NCBI GenBank assembly: GCA_963674705.1
Contig: OY771506.1
Coordinates: 4,832,001 to 4,896,000 of the forward strand
Reading direction: 5' to 3'
Source of the DNA: Phycisphaeraceae bacterium
Lineage (GTDB): Bacteria; Planctomycetota; Phycisphaerae; Phycisphaerales; Phycisphaeraceae
DNA: 64,000 bases
The position numbers and the translations under genes are program-made. Positions 49,966 through 58,771 of the stretch are shown here, in pieces. Position 1 is the stretch's first letter, and every line of letters starts with the position of its first letter. Below the pieces are notes generated by a model, which was given only the letters and a program-made list of their open reading frames with translations, searched no databases and was not told the origin of the DNA.

Positions 49966-51726
49966 TCACAACCCATATTCAGTCCACCGCCGATCAACCA
50001 TATCCTTCATCGTCTGATCCATCTTGAGAATCTCCGGCCAGTCTCGCACCGGATTGCCGCCAACCTCTTCGCCCGCAATCTTACGCGTCGCATCGAATCC
50101 GATCTTGTGCCCCGCGCCCAACCGTGGCGCTGCGTGATCTAAAATATCCAACGGCCCGTTAACGATCTCGATGTCACGCCCCGGGTCAACATTCGCGCAC
50201 AGGTGAAACATCACCTGCTCGTGATCATGCACATCCACATCGTGATCGACCACGACGATCATCTTTGTCCACGCCATCTGTCCCGCCCCCCAGACCGAAT
50301 GCATCACCCGCCTTGCCTGCAGCGGGTATTCCTTCTTGATCTTGATGAACGCGCAGTTATGAAACGCGCCGAACATCGGCAAATCGTAATCAATAATGTC
50401 CGGGATCAACGTCCGCAGCAGCGGCAGGAACAAGCGCTCCGTCGCCTTGCCCAGATAGTAATCCTCCTGAGGCGGCAACCCCACCACCGTCGCCGGATAC
50501 ACCGCTTCATGCCGATGCGTGATCGCGGTGACCGTGAACACCGGGTAACGATCGGGTAGCGAATAGAAACCGGTGTGGTCGCCGAACGGGCCTTCGAAAA
50601 CTTCTTCGTTAGGCTTGAGGCTTGAGGCTTGAGGCTTGCGAGGGTCTTTTATCCGGGGGGCATCTATCCGGGGGTCGTAGCCCGGCCCACCTGCATCGAG
50701 ACTCACGTAACCTTCGATCACGATCTCCGCATTGGCCGGCACGTGCATGTCGATCGTCTTGCACTTCACCAACGGGATACCCGCGTTATTCAAAAAACCT
50801 GCAAACAACAACTCACTCACGCCCGGCGGCAACGGCGCCGTCGCCGCATAAGGCAACACCGCCTCCCCGCCCAACACAATCGCACAAGGCATCCCCCCCC
50901 CGGAAGTATCCCCTGTCTTTATTTCCAGCTTTCCAGCTTTCCAGCTTTCCAGCTTTTCCTGCTTCGCCTTCTCCTTCCAAGCCCGCCAATGCCGTGCACC
51001 GTCATGATGCATATGCCAGTGCATCGCCGTGTGATTCTTATCGATCAACTGCGCGCGATACATCCCGATATTTCGGCTAGGTCTCGGTTCGCCCTCCGGC
51101 TTGCCCGCATCGTCCGGATGAATCGTGTACATCCCAGCAAATGTGATGTATCGCCCTTCACCTTTCGCTGTCCCCGCTTCTTCTGGCGACACCGGATACC
51201 CGCATTGACGGGGGTCGCCGTCGTCAGGCCAACACTTGATGATCGGCAATTCAAAAAGGTCGATCTCATCGCCCGTCTTCACAACCTCCTGACACGCACC
51301 GTTCTTCACAATCTTCGGCCCGAACGACGCGATCTTCGCAAGCTCAAGCCCCTTCTTGATCTTCTCGACGATCCCCGTCGGCGGCTCGGGCTTCACCAGC
51401 GCTTCCACCTTCGCCGCCAAAGATTCAAACCCGCCCGCCTCGCAACCCAGCGCCATCTCCATCCGCCGGTAGCTGCCGAACGCATTGATCAGTAATGGAA
51501 ACTTCGCCCCCTCGACGTTTTCAAAAAGTAACGCCTTACCGCCCAGCGCATGATGATGCGGATCAAACGCCTTGGCATGCTCGCTCTGCCTCGCCGCCGG
51601 CGACTTGCACATCCGATCAGCGATCTCCGTCACCTCCAGCATGGGTGATACCGGAACCTTAACCCGCGCAAGCTCCCCCTCCGCCGCCAACGCCGAAACA
51701 AATGCTTGAAGATCTTCGTATGCCAT
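49966..51726 (-). CDS. UbiD-family decarboxylase (menaquinone-biosynthesis type)
   Basis: ALLFENV, NIGMYR, HWHMHHDG, EIVIEG, EGPFGDHTGFY, PPQED, DILDHA; start 51726. Confidence 0.92.
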   Translation of the reverse strand: MAYEDLQAFVSALAAEGELARVKVPVSPMLEVTEIADRMCKSPAARQSEHAKAFDPHHHALGGKALLFENVEGAKFPLLINAFGSYRRMEMALGCEAGGFESLAAKVEALVKPEPPTGIVEKIKKGLELAKIASFGPKIVKNGACQEVVKTGDEIDLFELPIIKCWPDDGDPRQCGYPVSPEEAGTAKGEGRYITFAGMYTIHPDDAGKPEGEPRPSRNIGMYRAQLIDKNHTAMHWHMHHDGARHWRAWKEKAKQEKLESWKAGKLEIKTGDTSGGGMPCAIVLGGEAVLPYAATAPLPPGVSELLFAGFLNNAGIPLVKCKTIDMHVPANAEIVIEGYVSLDAGGPGYDPRIDAPRIKDPRKPQASSLKPNEEVFEGPFGDHTGFYSLPDRYPVFTVTAITHRHEAVYPATVVGLPPQEDYYLGKATERLFLPLLRTLIPDIIDYDLPMFGAFHNCAFIKIKKEYPLQARRVMHSVWGAGQMAWTKMIVVVDHDVDVHDHEQVMFHLCANVDPGRDIEIVNGPLDILDHAAPRLGAGHKIGFDATRKIAGEEVGGNPVRDWPEILKMDQTMKDMVDRRWTEYGL

Positions 51727-51750
51727 CGCACCGTCCTGACTGTTAAAAAC

Positions 51751-51854
51751 AATTAGCCACAGATGAACACAGATAAACACGGATAAGAAAAAACAGAAGT
51801 AATATTCTCCAATTATTCCTATCTGTGTTCATCCGTGTTCATCTGTGGCTAATT
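51751..51854. repeat. Decamer-armed inverted repeat element
   Basis: AATTAGCCACAGATGAACACAGATAAACACGGATA ... TATCTGTGTTCATCCGTGTTCATCTGTGGCTAATT. Confidence 0.85.
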
Positions 51855-51902
51855 CTTATGTCCTACTTCGCGCTCTTCGCGTCTTCGCGGTTAACTCAAT
51901 CA

Positions 51903-52742
51903 TTACTTCCCAAGTTCCCGGCCGCGCGCTTCCGCTGCTTTCACCGCATCTGCGATCACATTCACAAGATCATGCTTATCCATGTGCCCAAGCGCCGCGG
52001 CCGTCGTCCCGCCGGGGCTTGTCACCTTGCGACGCAGTTCCGCAGCCGTATCAGGTGAATCCAGCAGCATCCGCGCTGCGCCTAATATAGTCTGCGATAC
52101 CAGCAGCCGGCTGTGCTCGCCTAATCCCAACTCCACCGCCGCCTTTTCCATCGCCTCCGCCAGGTAATACACATACGCAGGCCCGGATCCCGATACCGCC
52201 GTGATCGCGTCCATCAGTTCTTCTTCAACGCGCACCACTTCGCCTGCCGCGCCGAATAACCGCATCGCAAGCACTTCATCGCCCGCCTTCGCGTCCGCCC
52301 CCACACACAACCCCGCCATCCCTAATCCCACCATCATCGGCGTGTTCGGCATGACACGGATGACTCGAGGCTTGAGGCTCGAGGCTTGAGGCTTGGAGGC
52401 TGAAGCAGCCGCCATCACTTTCGCCAGTTTCGCCGTGCCGATCCCCGCCATGATGGATATGTAAACGTGATCTTCACGCGCATGCGCAGCAAGGTCTGCC
52501 GCCACATCCGGCAACACCTGCGGCTTCACCGCCAGCATCACCTGCTGACTGCTGCTGATTACTTCGCCATTACTTTCAGCAACCTTGATCCCAAGCCCAG
52601 CGAACAACTCCCGCCTCGCTTCGCTTGTGTCCGATGCGATCATCTCGTCCGCGCTGAGCACACCCTTCTCAATCGCACCTCTTGCGATCGCCTCAGCCAT
52701 ATTCCCCGCACCCACAAACCCCAGCTTGTAAGCCGCTGCCAT
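51903..52742 (-). CDS. proC: Pyrroline-5-carboxylate reductase
   Basis: GFVGAGNMAEA, LAVKPQ, RVMPNTP, AVSGSGPAY, VTSPGGTT. Confidence 0.97.
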   Translation of the reverse strand: MAAAYKLGFVGAGNMAEAIARGAIEKGVLSADEMIASDTSEARRELFAGLGIKVAESNGEVISSSQQVMLAVKPQVLPDVAADLAAHAREDHVYISIMAGIGTAKLAKVMAAASASKPQASSLKPRVIRVMPNTPMMVGLGMAGLCVGADAKAGDEVLAMRLFGAAGEVVRVEEELMDAITAVSGSGPAYVYYLAEAMEKAAVELGLGEHSRLLVSQTILGAARMLLDSPDTAAELRRKVTSPGGTTAAALGHMDKHDLVNVIADAVKAAEARGRELGK

Positions 52743-52774
52743 GAATCAGTTTCCTTGTCTTTGCCTCATGTCCG

Positions 52775-52893
52775 ATCCCCTCTCCCCTCGGGAGAAGGTT
52801 AGGATGAGGGCCGGATTGATTACGTATTCAACCTGGCCCGATTCACCTAAAAATAAAACAAGCACTCAACCCGGCCCTCTCCCAAGAGGAGAG
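52775..52893. repeat. REP-like doublet (CCCTCTCCC..GGGAGA type)
   Basis: tcccctctcccctcgggagaaggttaggatgaggg ... cactcaacccggccctctcccaagaggagagg. Confidence 0.7.
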
Positions 52894-52917
52894 GCAGTCA
52901 AACCACATTGATCTATA

Positions 52918-53832
52918 CTATTCACCCGAACGCCCACCATCCCAGGCGTCCCGTGCTTCCTTCGCACCTTTCAACAACCGTCGCATCGCCCCCGTGTCCG
53001 ATCGTGCAAGCGCTTTGCGGAATGATTCGAGTTCCTGCTCCGCTCGCTGCAAAACTTCGACCACCGACGACCGATTGTTCATGAAGATGTCGATCCACAG
53101 TTCAGGATCGCCCGACGCGATGCGCGTCGTATCCGCAAAACCCGTCGACGCCACCTGCAGCGCATCGCCACCGTCCGCCGCCGCCAGCTTCACCAACAGC
53201 GCCGCCACCGCGTGCGGCAGGTGACTGACCAACGCCACACTGCGGTCGTGCATGATCGGCGGCATCTCGAATAACCGCATCCCCACTATCTGCCACATCG
53301 ACCGCACGCTCGTAAGCACTTCATCGCTCTCGCCGCCCATCGGCGTCACCACGCAAGGCTTGCCCTCAAACAAATCCACAACCGCCGCCTCCGGCCCGGT
53401 CTGCTCGCTGCCCGCCATCGGGTGCGATCCCACAAACCGCGATGCGTCAGGCAGAATCTCTTCCACCAACTCACATACCGACTGCTTCGTCGAGCCAACA
53501 TCCGTCACAAATAACCGTGGGTCGTCCGAACATGAAATCTTTTCCAGCACTTCCCGGAAGAATCCCAAAGGCGTCGCGACCACCGCCAGGTGCGGCTCAT
53601 CGCTCGGTAAATCACGCCCCCAGAGCAAAGCCTCCTGCGTGCTCGCAGTCAATTCATCGAAACACCCCAGTTTCCGAGTCTTTTCCAGCGTCGATTCGCG
53701 CCGCCCCACGCCCACCAAACGCCCCGTAAATCCACGCTGTTTCAGCGCCATCGCAAGACTCGCCCCCAGCAACCCTGTCCCAACGATCGTTATCTGTTTC
53801 AACCGCAGCATTGTGCCATCCATATATATCAC
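52918..53832 (-). CDS. tyrA: Prephenate/arogenate dehydrogenase
   Basis: IVGTGLLGAS, TDVGSTK, FVGSHPMAGSE, HD...VSHLPH, GFADTTRIA. Confidence 0.92.
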   Translation of the reverse strand: MIYMDGTMLRLKQITIVGTGLLGASLAMALKQRGFTGRLVGVGRRESTLEKTRKLGCFDELTASTQEALLWGRDLPSDEPHLAVVATPLGFFREVLEKISCSDDPRLFVTDVGSTKQSVCELVEEILPDASRFVGSHPMAGSEQTGPEAAVVDLFEGKPCVVTPMGGESDEVLTSVRSMWQIVGMRLFEMPPIMHDRSVALVSHLPHAVAALLVKLAAADGGDALQVASTGFADTTRIASGDPELWIDIFMNNRSSVVEVLQRAEQELESFRKALARSDTGAMRRLLKGAKEARDAWDGGRSGE

Positions 53833-54166
53833 CCCCTGATTTACATACCATTCTCAAAAACCACTCACAGCTTAGCGCGCCGCTCTAAAAAAGCCGCTTG
53901 CGGCTTAGTGCTCCTGCCCTCCCACCAAAACCCCCGGCATATCACCCAAAGCTTGTCCCCACACTTCAACAGCGAGTAAGATAACACTTTACAGACAATC
54001 GTGGCCCCCGCCCAAAACCCGCGGAGTATCCACAACCACCCAACGGGAGGCATATAATCCCACCCCCAAAATGCCCACCCTCTCCAAAGGATGGGACAAA
54101 ACATGAGGGTGGCAAAGTACAAAGGGCATGAAACGCATCCAACGATGTGCCGCCCCCACCCCGAAG

Positions 54167-54230
54167 CCCACGTTCTGTTGAACATGGGCCCACCCCGGGC
54201 GCCCCGAACCCCATGTTCTGTTGAACGTGG
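54167..54230. repeat. Paired short hairpin repeats upstream of accA
   Basis: CCCACGTTCTGTTGAACATGGG and CCCATGTTCTGTTGAACGTGGG. Confidence 0.7.
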
Positions 54231-54282
54231 GCAAACCCTCCCCCAAGTGCGGGACGAGGCCTCCCAGGAGAAACCAACAATC

Positions 54283-55293
54283 ATGAGCACACTCAACGCA
54301 TACGCCGGCAACTACGAACTCGAATTTGAACGCCCCCTCATCGCGCTCGAAAGGCAGATCGCCGAACTCGAACGCACCAACGACCCCGACGCCTCCCCCG
54401 CGAAGCTACCGAGCGATGTCAACTTCCGCGCCGAGATCCGCAAGCTACGCCAGTCACACACCGCCATGCTCAAGAAGATCTACGACAAGCTCCCCGCATG
54501 GAACACCGTCATGGTCGCACGACACCCCGGCCGACCACAGTCCATCGACTACATCAACTACTTCGTCAAAGACTTCACCGAACTGCACGGCGACCGCCAC
54601 CAGGGCGACGACCGCGCCATCATCACCGGCTTCGGCCGCATCGGCCCCTACAAGTGCCTCGTCGTCGGTCACCACAAAGGCAAAGACACCAAAGAAAAAA
54701 TCGCCGCGAACTTCGGCTGTGCCCACCCCGAAGGCTACCGAAAAGCCCTGCGCACCATGAAGCTCGCCGAAAAATACAAACTCCCCATCGTCACCTTGAT
54801 CGACACCCCGGGGGCTTACCCCGGCATCGCCGCCGAAGAGCGCGGCCAGGCCGAAGCCATCGCCGTCAACCTCCGCGAAATGTCACGCCTGCAAACCCCC
54901 ATCGTCTCCGTCGTCATCGGCGAAGGCGGCTCCGGCGGCGCACTGGGCATCGGCGTCGCCGACCGACTCGCCATGCTCCAATACGCCTGGTTCTCCGTCA
55001 TCTCCCCCGAAGGCTGCGCCGCCATCCTCTGGAAAACCGCCAACCCCGAAACCAACGCCGCCGCCGCCGAAAACCTCAAACTCACCGCCAACGACAACCT
55101 AAAACTAGGCACCATCGACGGCATGATCGACGAACCCCTGGGTGGAGCCCACCGAAACCCCACCGCCGCTGCCGACTATTTAGAAAAATACTTAATCCAA
55201 ACCATCCGCGAACTGAAGCGGTTTAAGGTCGAGAATCTGGTGAATAAACGATATGATCGTTTGAGGAAGATTGGGGAGTTGGGGGAAGGGTGA
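54283..55293 (+). CDS. accA: Acetyl-CoA carboxylase carboxyltransferase alpha subunit
   Basis: LEFERP, ARHPGRP, ELHGDR, PEGYRKALR, DTPGAYPG, GEGGSGGALG, VISPEGCAAILW, EPLGGAH; ATG 54283. Confidence 0.97.
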   Translation: MSTLNAYAGNYELEFERPLIALERQIAELERTNDPDASPAKLPSDVNFRAEIRKLRQSHTAMLKKIYDKLPAWNTVMVARHPGRPQSIDYINYFVKDFTELHGDRHQGDDRAIITGFGRIGPYKCLVVGHHKGKDTKEKIAANFGCAHPEGYRKALRTMKLAEKYKLPIVTLIDTPGAYPGIAAEERGQAEAIAVNLREMSRLQTPIVSVVIGEGGSGGALGIGVADRLAMLQYAWFSVISPEGCAAILWKTANPETNAAAAENLKLTANDNLKLGTIDGMIDEPLGGAHRNPTAAADYLEKYLIQTIRELKRFKVENLVNKRYDRLRKIGELGEG

Positions 55294-55357
55294 TTTACTT
55301 TGTTTAAGTACTTAGTAAGATGGCGCAACACCTCTAGCGTCAAAGTGGGGTCTACTC

Positions 55358-55651
55358 ATGTCACCTGTTCCACGTAGTAGCTTCAAGTTTAGCATTACAG
55401 TGAAATGCCACGAACTTGCTATTGTCTATTGCTTGCGTGGTTTGAGCATGTACTGCCAAGTTGGTGGGAATGTCTACACACCGTGGAGTGGTACTGGAAG
55501 AAATGAGTGGGAGCGTGAAAAACACAACGTGACATTTCGTTTTACTTCGCCTGAGTACCGAACTTCGTTCCTTGACCAAGCCAAGCAAATCCTTCCCCAT
55601 GAATCTTTTAGCATAGTTGAGCAAGATGACAACAATCCTCCCCCAGATTAA
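55358..55651 (+). CDS. Hypothetical protein (lower GC)
   Basis: 97-aa ORF with ATG and protein-like composition. Confidence 0.55.
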   Translation: MSPVPRSSFKFSITVKCHELAIVYCLRGLSMYCQVGGNVYTPWSGTGRNEWEREKHNVTFRFTSPEYRTSFLDQAKQILPHESFSIVEQDDNNPPPD

Positions 55652-55816
55652 AAACATTTTCAATTCTGAGAACGTATCTGACCTCGTTCCAAAATGCGGG
55701 TCGGAGACTGCCATACTGCCACTCGCCTGTTTCTAAATGATACTACGGCCTTGTCGATGATATAAATATTCCAGTGTTTTACGCCGAAGGCCTTTCTTGG
55801 AGAAAGGGGTATTGAA

Positions 55817-56353
55817 ATGAGGTATATTCAATCAACTTTGAATAGTGGTTGTTTACTGGTATTGACCTTATCACTACTTCAAGGCTGCAATAACACTCCA
55901 CATGCTCATGGATATAGACCGGAAACATCTCAGAACTATCAGCCGACAAATTCTTGCGAGATTGTACATATCGATGTCGGAACGGAACCACAGGTACGCC
56001 GCAGTAGATACCCAAACCATATCTTGATTGGATACAGCAGTTACGAAGGAAGACCGGAGAATGAGATACCCGCATATTGCAGTCTGAAAGCGTTCGCACG
56101 GAAAAAAGGGGCTAATGTCGTCCTATTAAGTGAAGAGTACCTGCGTACAGGAGTGATGTCGGGCGTACTACCATTACCTCAACAGGACACAACGTATCAC
56201 TCAGGTAGCATATCTGGTAGCAGTGGACATGCCAGTTATTCTGGGACATCTACAACACATACCACGCAGTACCAGCCATATTCATCCACCTACGACATTT
56301 ACAGCATTCGCGCCTGGTACTTGCGAGACCCTACTGTAAATAACAGCAAGTAG
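55817..56353 (+). CDS. Putative lipoprotein
   Basis: Lipobox LQGC; ARKKGANVVL motif reminiscent of YbjQ/heavy-metal-binding-like folds. Confidence 0.7.
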   Translation: MRYIQSTLNSGCLLVLTLSLLQGCNNTPHAHGYRPETSQNYQPTNSCEIVHIDVGTEPQVRRSRYPNHILIGYSSYEGRPENEIPAYCSLKAFARKKGANVVLLSEEYLRTGVMSGVLPLPQQDTTYHSGSISGSSGHASYSGTSTTHTTQYQPYSSTYDIYSIRAWYLRDPTVNNSK

Positions 56354-56394
56354 CCGGGTGCCCGTCTTTGATCCGCAGGGCAAAGGCGGTTGAC
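56353..56394 (+). repeat. GGGTGCCC-type REP, copy 1
   Basis: GCCGGGTGCCCGTCTTTGA(T/C)CCGCAGGGCAAAGGCGGTTGAC; also at 56494-56535 and 59893-59934, degenerate at ~58378-58403. Confidence 0.9.
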
Positions 56395-56493
56395 ACGAGT
56401 GGAACGGAATCTGCCACCGTCCTACCTTTAAAATAAAAACCACAACAAACCCAACCGGGACCCAAATCATGAGCAATCCGGGATGTCTTCTGG

Positions 56494-56650
56494 GCCGGGT
56501 GCCCGTCTTTGACCCGCAGGGCAAAGGCGGTTGACGTACGACGACTTCAAGCTTCTGGACAACCATTCATGTGATCGATTCGTAGGTCCGGGCCTGCCCG
56601 GACAATTGGTCACACCAAACAATCTCGTGTCCGGGCAGGCCCGGACCTAC
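56494..56650 (+). repeat. Composite REP + GTAG-type REPIN, copy 1
   Basis: REP, shared linker, then inverted pair GTAGGTCCGGGCCTGCCCGGAC (56582-56603 / 56629-56650). Confidence 0.9.
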
Positions 56651-56912
56651 ATGGCGGGATGCAAGAAGAAGAAACAGGGAACACTAATCTGCACTGATTT
56701 ACACTTATTCAGAAGATTAGTGGAGATTAGTGATGATTAGTGTTCTAACTGGTATTGGTTTGGGCTCTGTCTCAGAGAACCTGCGCTCGGCGCGGGCCTC
56801 CCGACGCCGTAACTCTATTCTTGGGTTGCACACGAGCGTGCGTTATACTCATATGCGATGAGCCCGGTGTTGCTGCCGGGCGTGGGGCATATACGCTTTT
56901 TCGGATGGGAAC

Positions 56913-57677
56913 ATGGCTATGAAATACCTCTGTGGCGCACTCGTGTGTTTGCTGTTGGCTGTATCGGTATCGGCGGAACTGCCTGACAGATCGGAGCTCG
57001 AAGCTCGGCTGGCGGAGAACCCGGATGATAGAGCGGCGCTGTACAACCTTGGGTTGGTGTTATACCTGGACGGTGAACCCAAGGAAGCGATCGCGCCTTG
57101 GTCGCACCTGCGGGAGCTGGAGCCAAACGACTGGCAGGTCATCACCAAACTGATCCAGGCGTACACGGCCTGCGGCGAAAGCCATAAAAAGGTGCGCGAA
57201 CAAACCATCAGCGAACTCTACGAGCTGCGCAAAAGCGAAGAGATCCCGGAGTTAACCAAAGCGAAGTTCTTCATCCGCGACCAGATTGTCTACGAGGACA
57301 ACCGGATATACGTCTTCGAGTACTACGACATGGACGCGGGCTGGCGCCTCGGGCCGTTGCTTTGGAAGTTCTACATCACCGAAGAGAACGAACCTACCGG
57401 CCAATTAATCACCGTCGGCAGCTACGACACCACAACCGCATTAGCAATCGAACAAGGCCGGATCGAAGAGGACGAGCGGATTTATCACCTTGATGAGTAT
57501 CTGGATGACGGCGGCCACCGAACCTACGGCTTCTTCATCAACAAACCAGACTACGACCAGATCAAAGCCACCACACTCGAAATTCTGAAAGGCGAGAAGG
57601 AACCGTTATCCTCATACGATCCTTCAACAAAGACCATCACGATAGACCCATCGGAGGAAAAGGAGGAGGCGGAGTAG
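56913..57677 (+). CDS. Secreted TPR-containing hypothetical protein
   Basis: Signal peptide; NPDDRAALYNLGLVLY TPR. Confidence 0.8.
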   Translation: MAMKYLCGALVCLLLAVSVSAELPDRSELEARLAENPDDRAALYNLGLVLYLDGEPKEAIAPWSHLRELEPNDWQVITKLIQAYTACGESHKKVREQTISELYELRKSEEIPELTKAKFFIRDQIVYEDNRIYVFEYYDMDAGWRLGPLLWKFYITEENEPTGQLITVGSYDTTTALAIEQGRIEEDERIYHLDEYLDDGGHRTYGFFINKPDYDQIKATTLEILKGEKEPLSSYDPSTKTITIDPSEEKEEAE

Positions 57678-57902
57678 GGTGTGGGGTGTGGGGAATGGTA
57701 TTTATGATTTAGGATTGATGATTTAGGATTTGTGCTAATGGCTAACAGCTAACGGCTAATGGCTTATCTCCCCTCCCCCACCAACGCCGGTTCTGAGCGA
57801 AGCGAAGGGCCGGGTATCTTCATGTTCAATGTTCGATCTTCAATATTCAATCTGAAAACCGTAATCCAAATCCGTGCTAACGGCTAACAGCTAACAGCTT
57901 TT
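57678..57902. repeat. Composite intergenic repeat, copy B
   Basis: GATTTA(T/G) and GCTAAnn heptamer arrays; 38-bp core at 57781-57818; TTCAAT-type heptamers. Confidence 0.85.
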
Positions 57903-57926
57903 CCAACATCAACCGGAACCCAAATC

Positions 57927-58367
57927 ATGGCTCAACCAACCTGTAAATGGCAGATCGCTGTGGGCGCGATCGCGTTTGTCGTGGCTGGGGTCGTCAGCGG
58001 GATCATCTCGTTCAAACTGGTGACTAAATCTTTGACCATCGAGGACATGGTCGACAATATGACGCCCAATGAAAAGGTTGGGTTATCCGACCGCGTCTGG
58101 TTGTACGACACAGGCAACTGCTACATCACCGACGAGACCGGCTTCGGGCTGATCAACGGCGAGATCCTGCGGCTGGGCTACGAATCCGACAACCCGAATA
58201 TGCTGATTGTGGAATACGAACCATACCACCGCTTCCGTGAATCGCCCGACGACACACTACGCATCGCACTGATCGATCTGAAGACCGCAAAAGTCACGCA
58301 TGATCCCGATGTGGACGACGCCGGCATTGCTTCATTAAAAGACGTATCGACTTACTTTGACTATTAA
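57927..58367 (+). CDS. Hypothetical membrane-anchored protein
   Basis: N-terminal TM helix; 146 aa. Confidence 0.7.
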   Translation: MAQPTCKWQIAVGAIAFVVAGVVSGIISFKLVTKSLTIEDMVDNMTPNEKVGLSDRVWLYDTGNCYITDETGFGLINGEILRLGYESDNPNMLIVEYEPYHRFRESPDDTLRIALIDLKTAKVTHDPDVDDAGIASLKDVSTYFDY

Positions 58368-58409
58368 GCGAGCAGCATGGATGTCCCACTTTGACCCGCA
58401 GGGTAATGT

Positions 58410-58727
58410 GTGCCTGAATTTTTTACTGACCCGGCCCCATTCCCTGATTTCTTTTACCTGGAATCCAACATGTGCTTCAGGATCGAGCAGGATATCTCCC
58501 CACGTGAGCCTTTTGCCGCCTATCGGTATCGGATATACGAAAACGATCGGCTGATCGCCCGGTACTGGCACGATCATAAAGGCGATGATCACGGCATCAC
58601 ATTCGTAGGCCGTTCAAGAATGGATGTCCCCGAAGGCACCATGATCGAATTCATCACCGGTGGTGGCCATGATGAACCGCTTCAACTCACAGCTAAGGCT
58701 GTGGCTTATCTGAAGAGGAATAAATGA
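58410..58727 (+). CDS. Hypothetical protein
   Basis: 105-aa ORF with GTG start inside a degenerate REP; true start may be ATG 58470. Confidence 0.55.
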   Translation: MPEFFTDPAPFPDFFYLESNMCFRIEQDISPREPFAAYRYRIYENDRLIARYWHDHKGDDHGITFVGRSRMDVPEGTMIEFITGGGHDEPLQLTAKAVAYLKRNK

Positions 58728-58771
58728 AGTGAGATTACGACATTGTCCGGGCACAGATAATCCGGTGGTTA

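Noticed and set aside
54091..54282. N-terminal extension of AccA in the ORF track
   Set aside because: It runs through hairpin repeats; AccA similarity and an SD-like AGGAG support ATG 54283.
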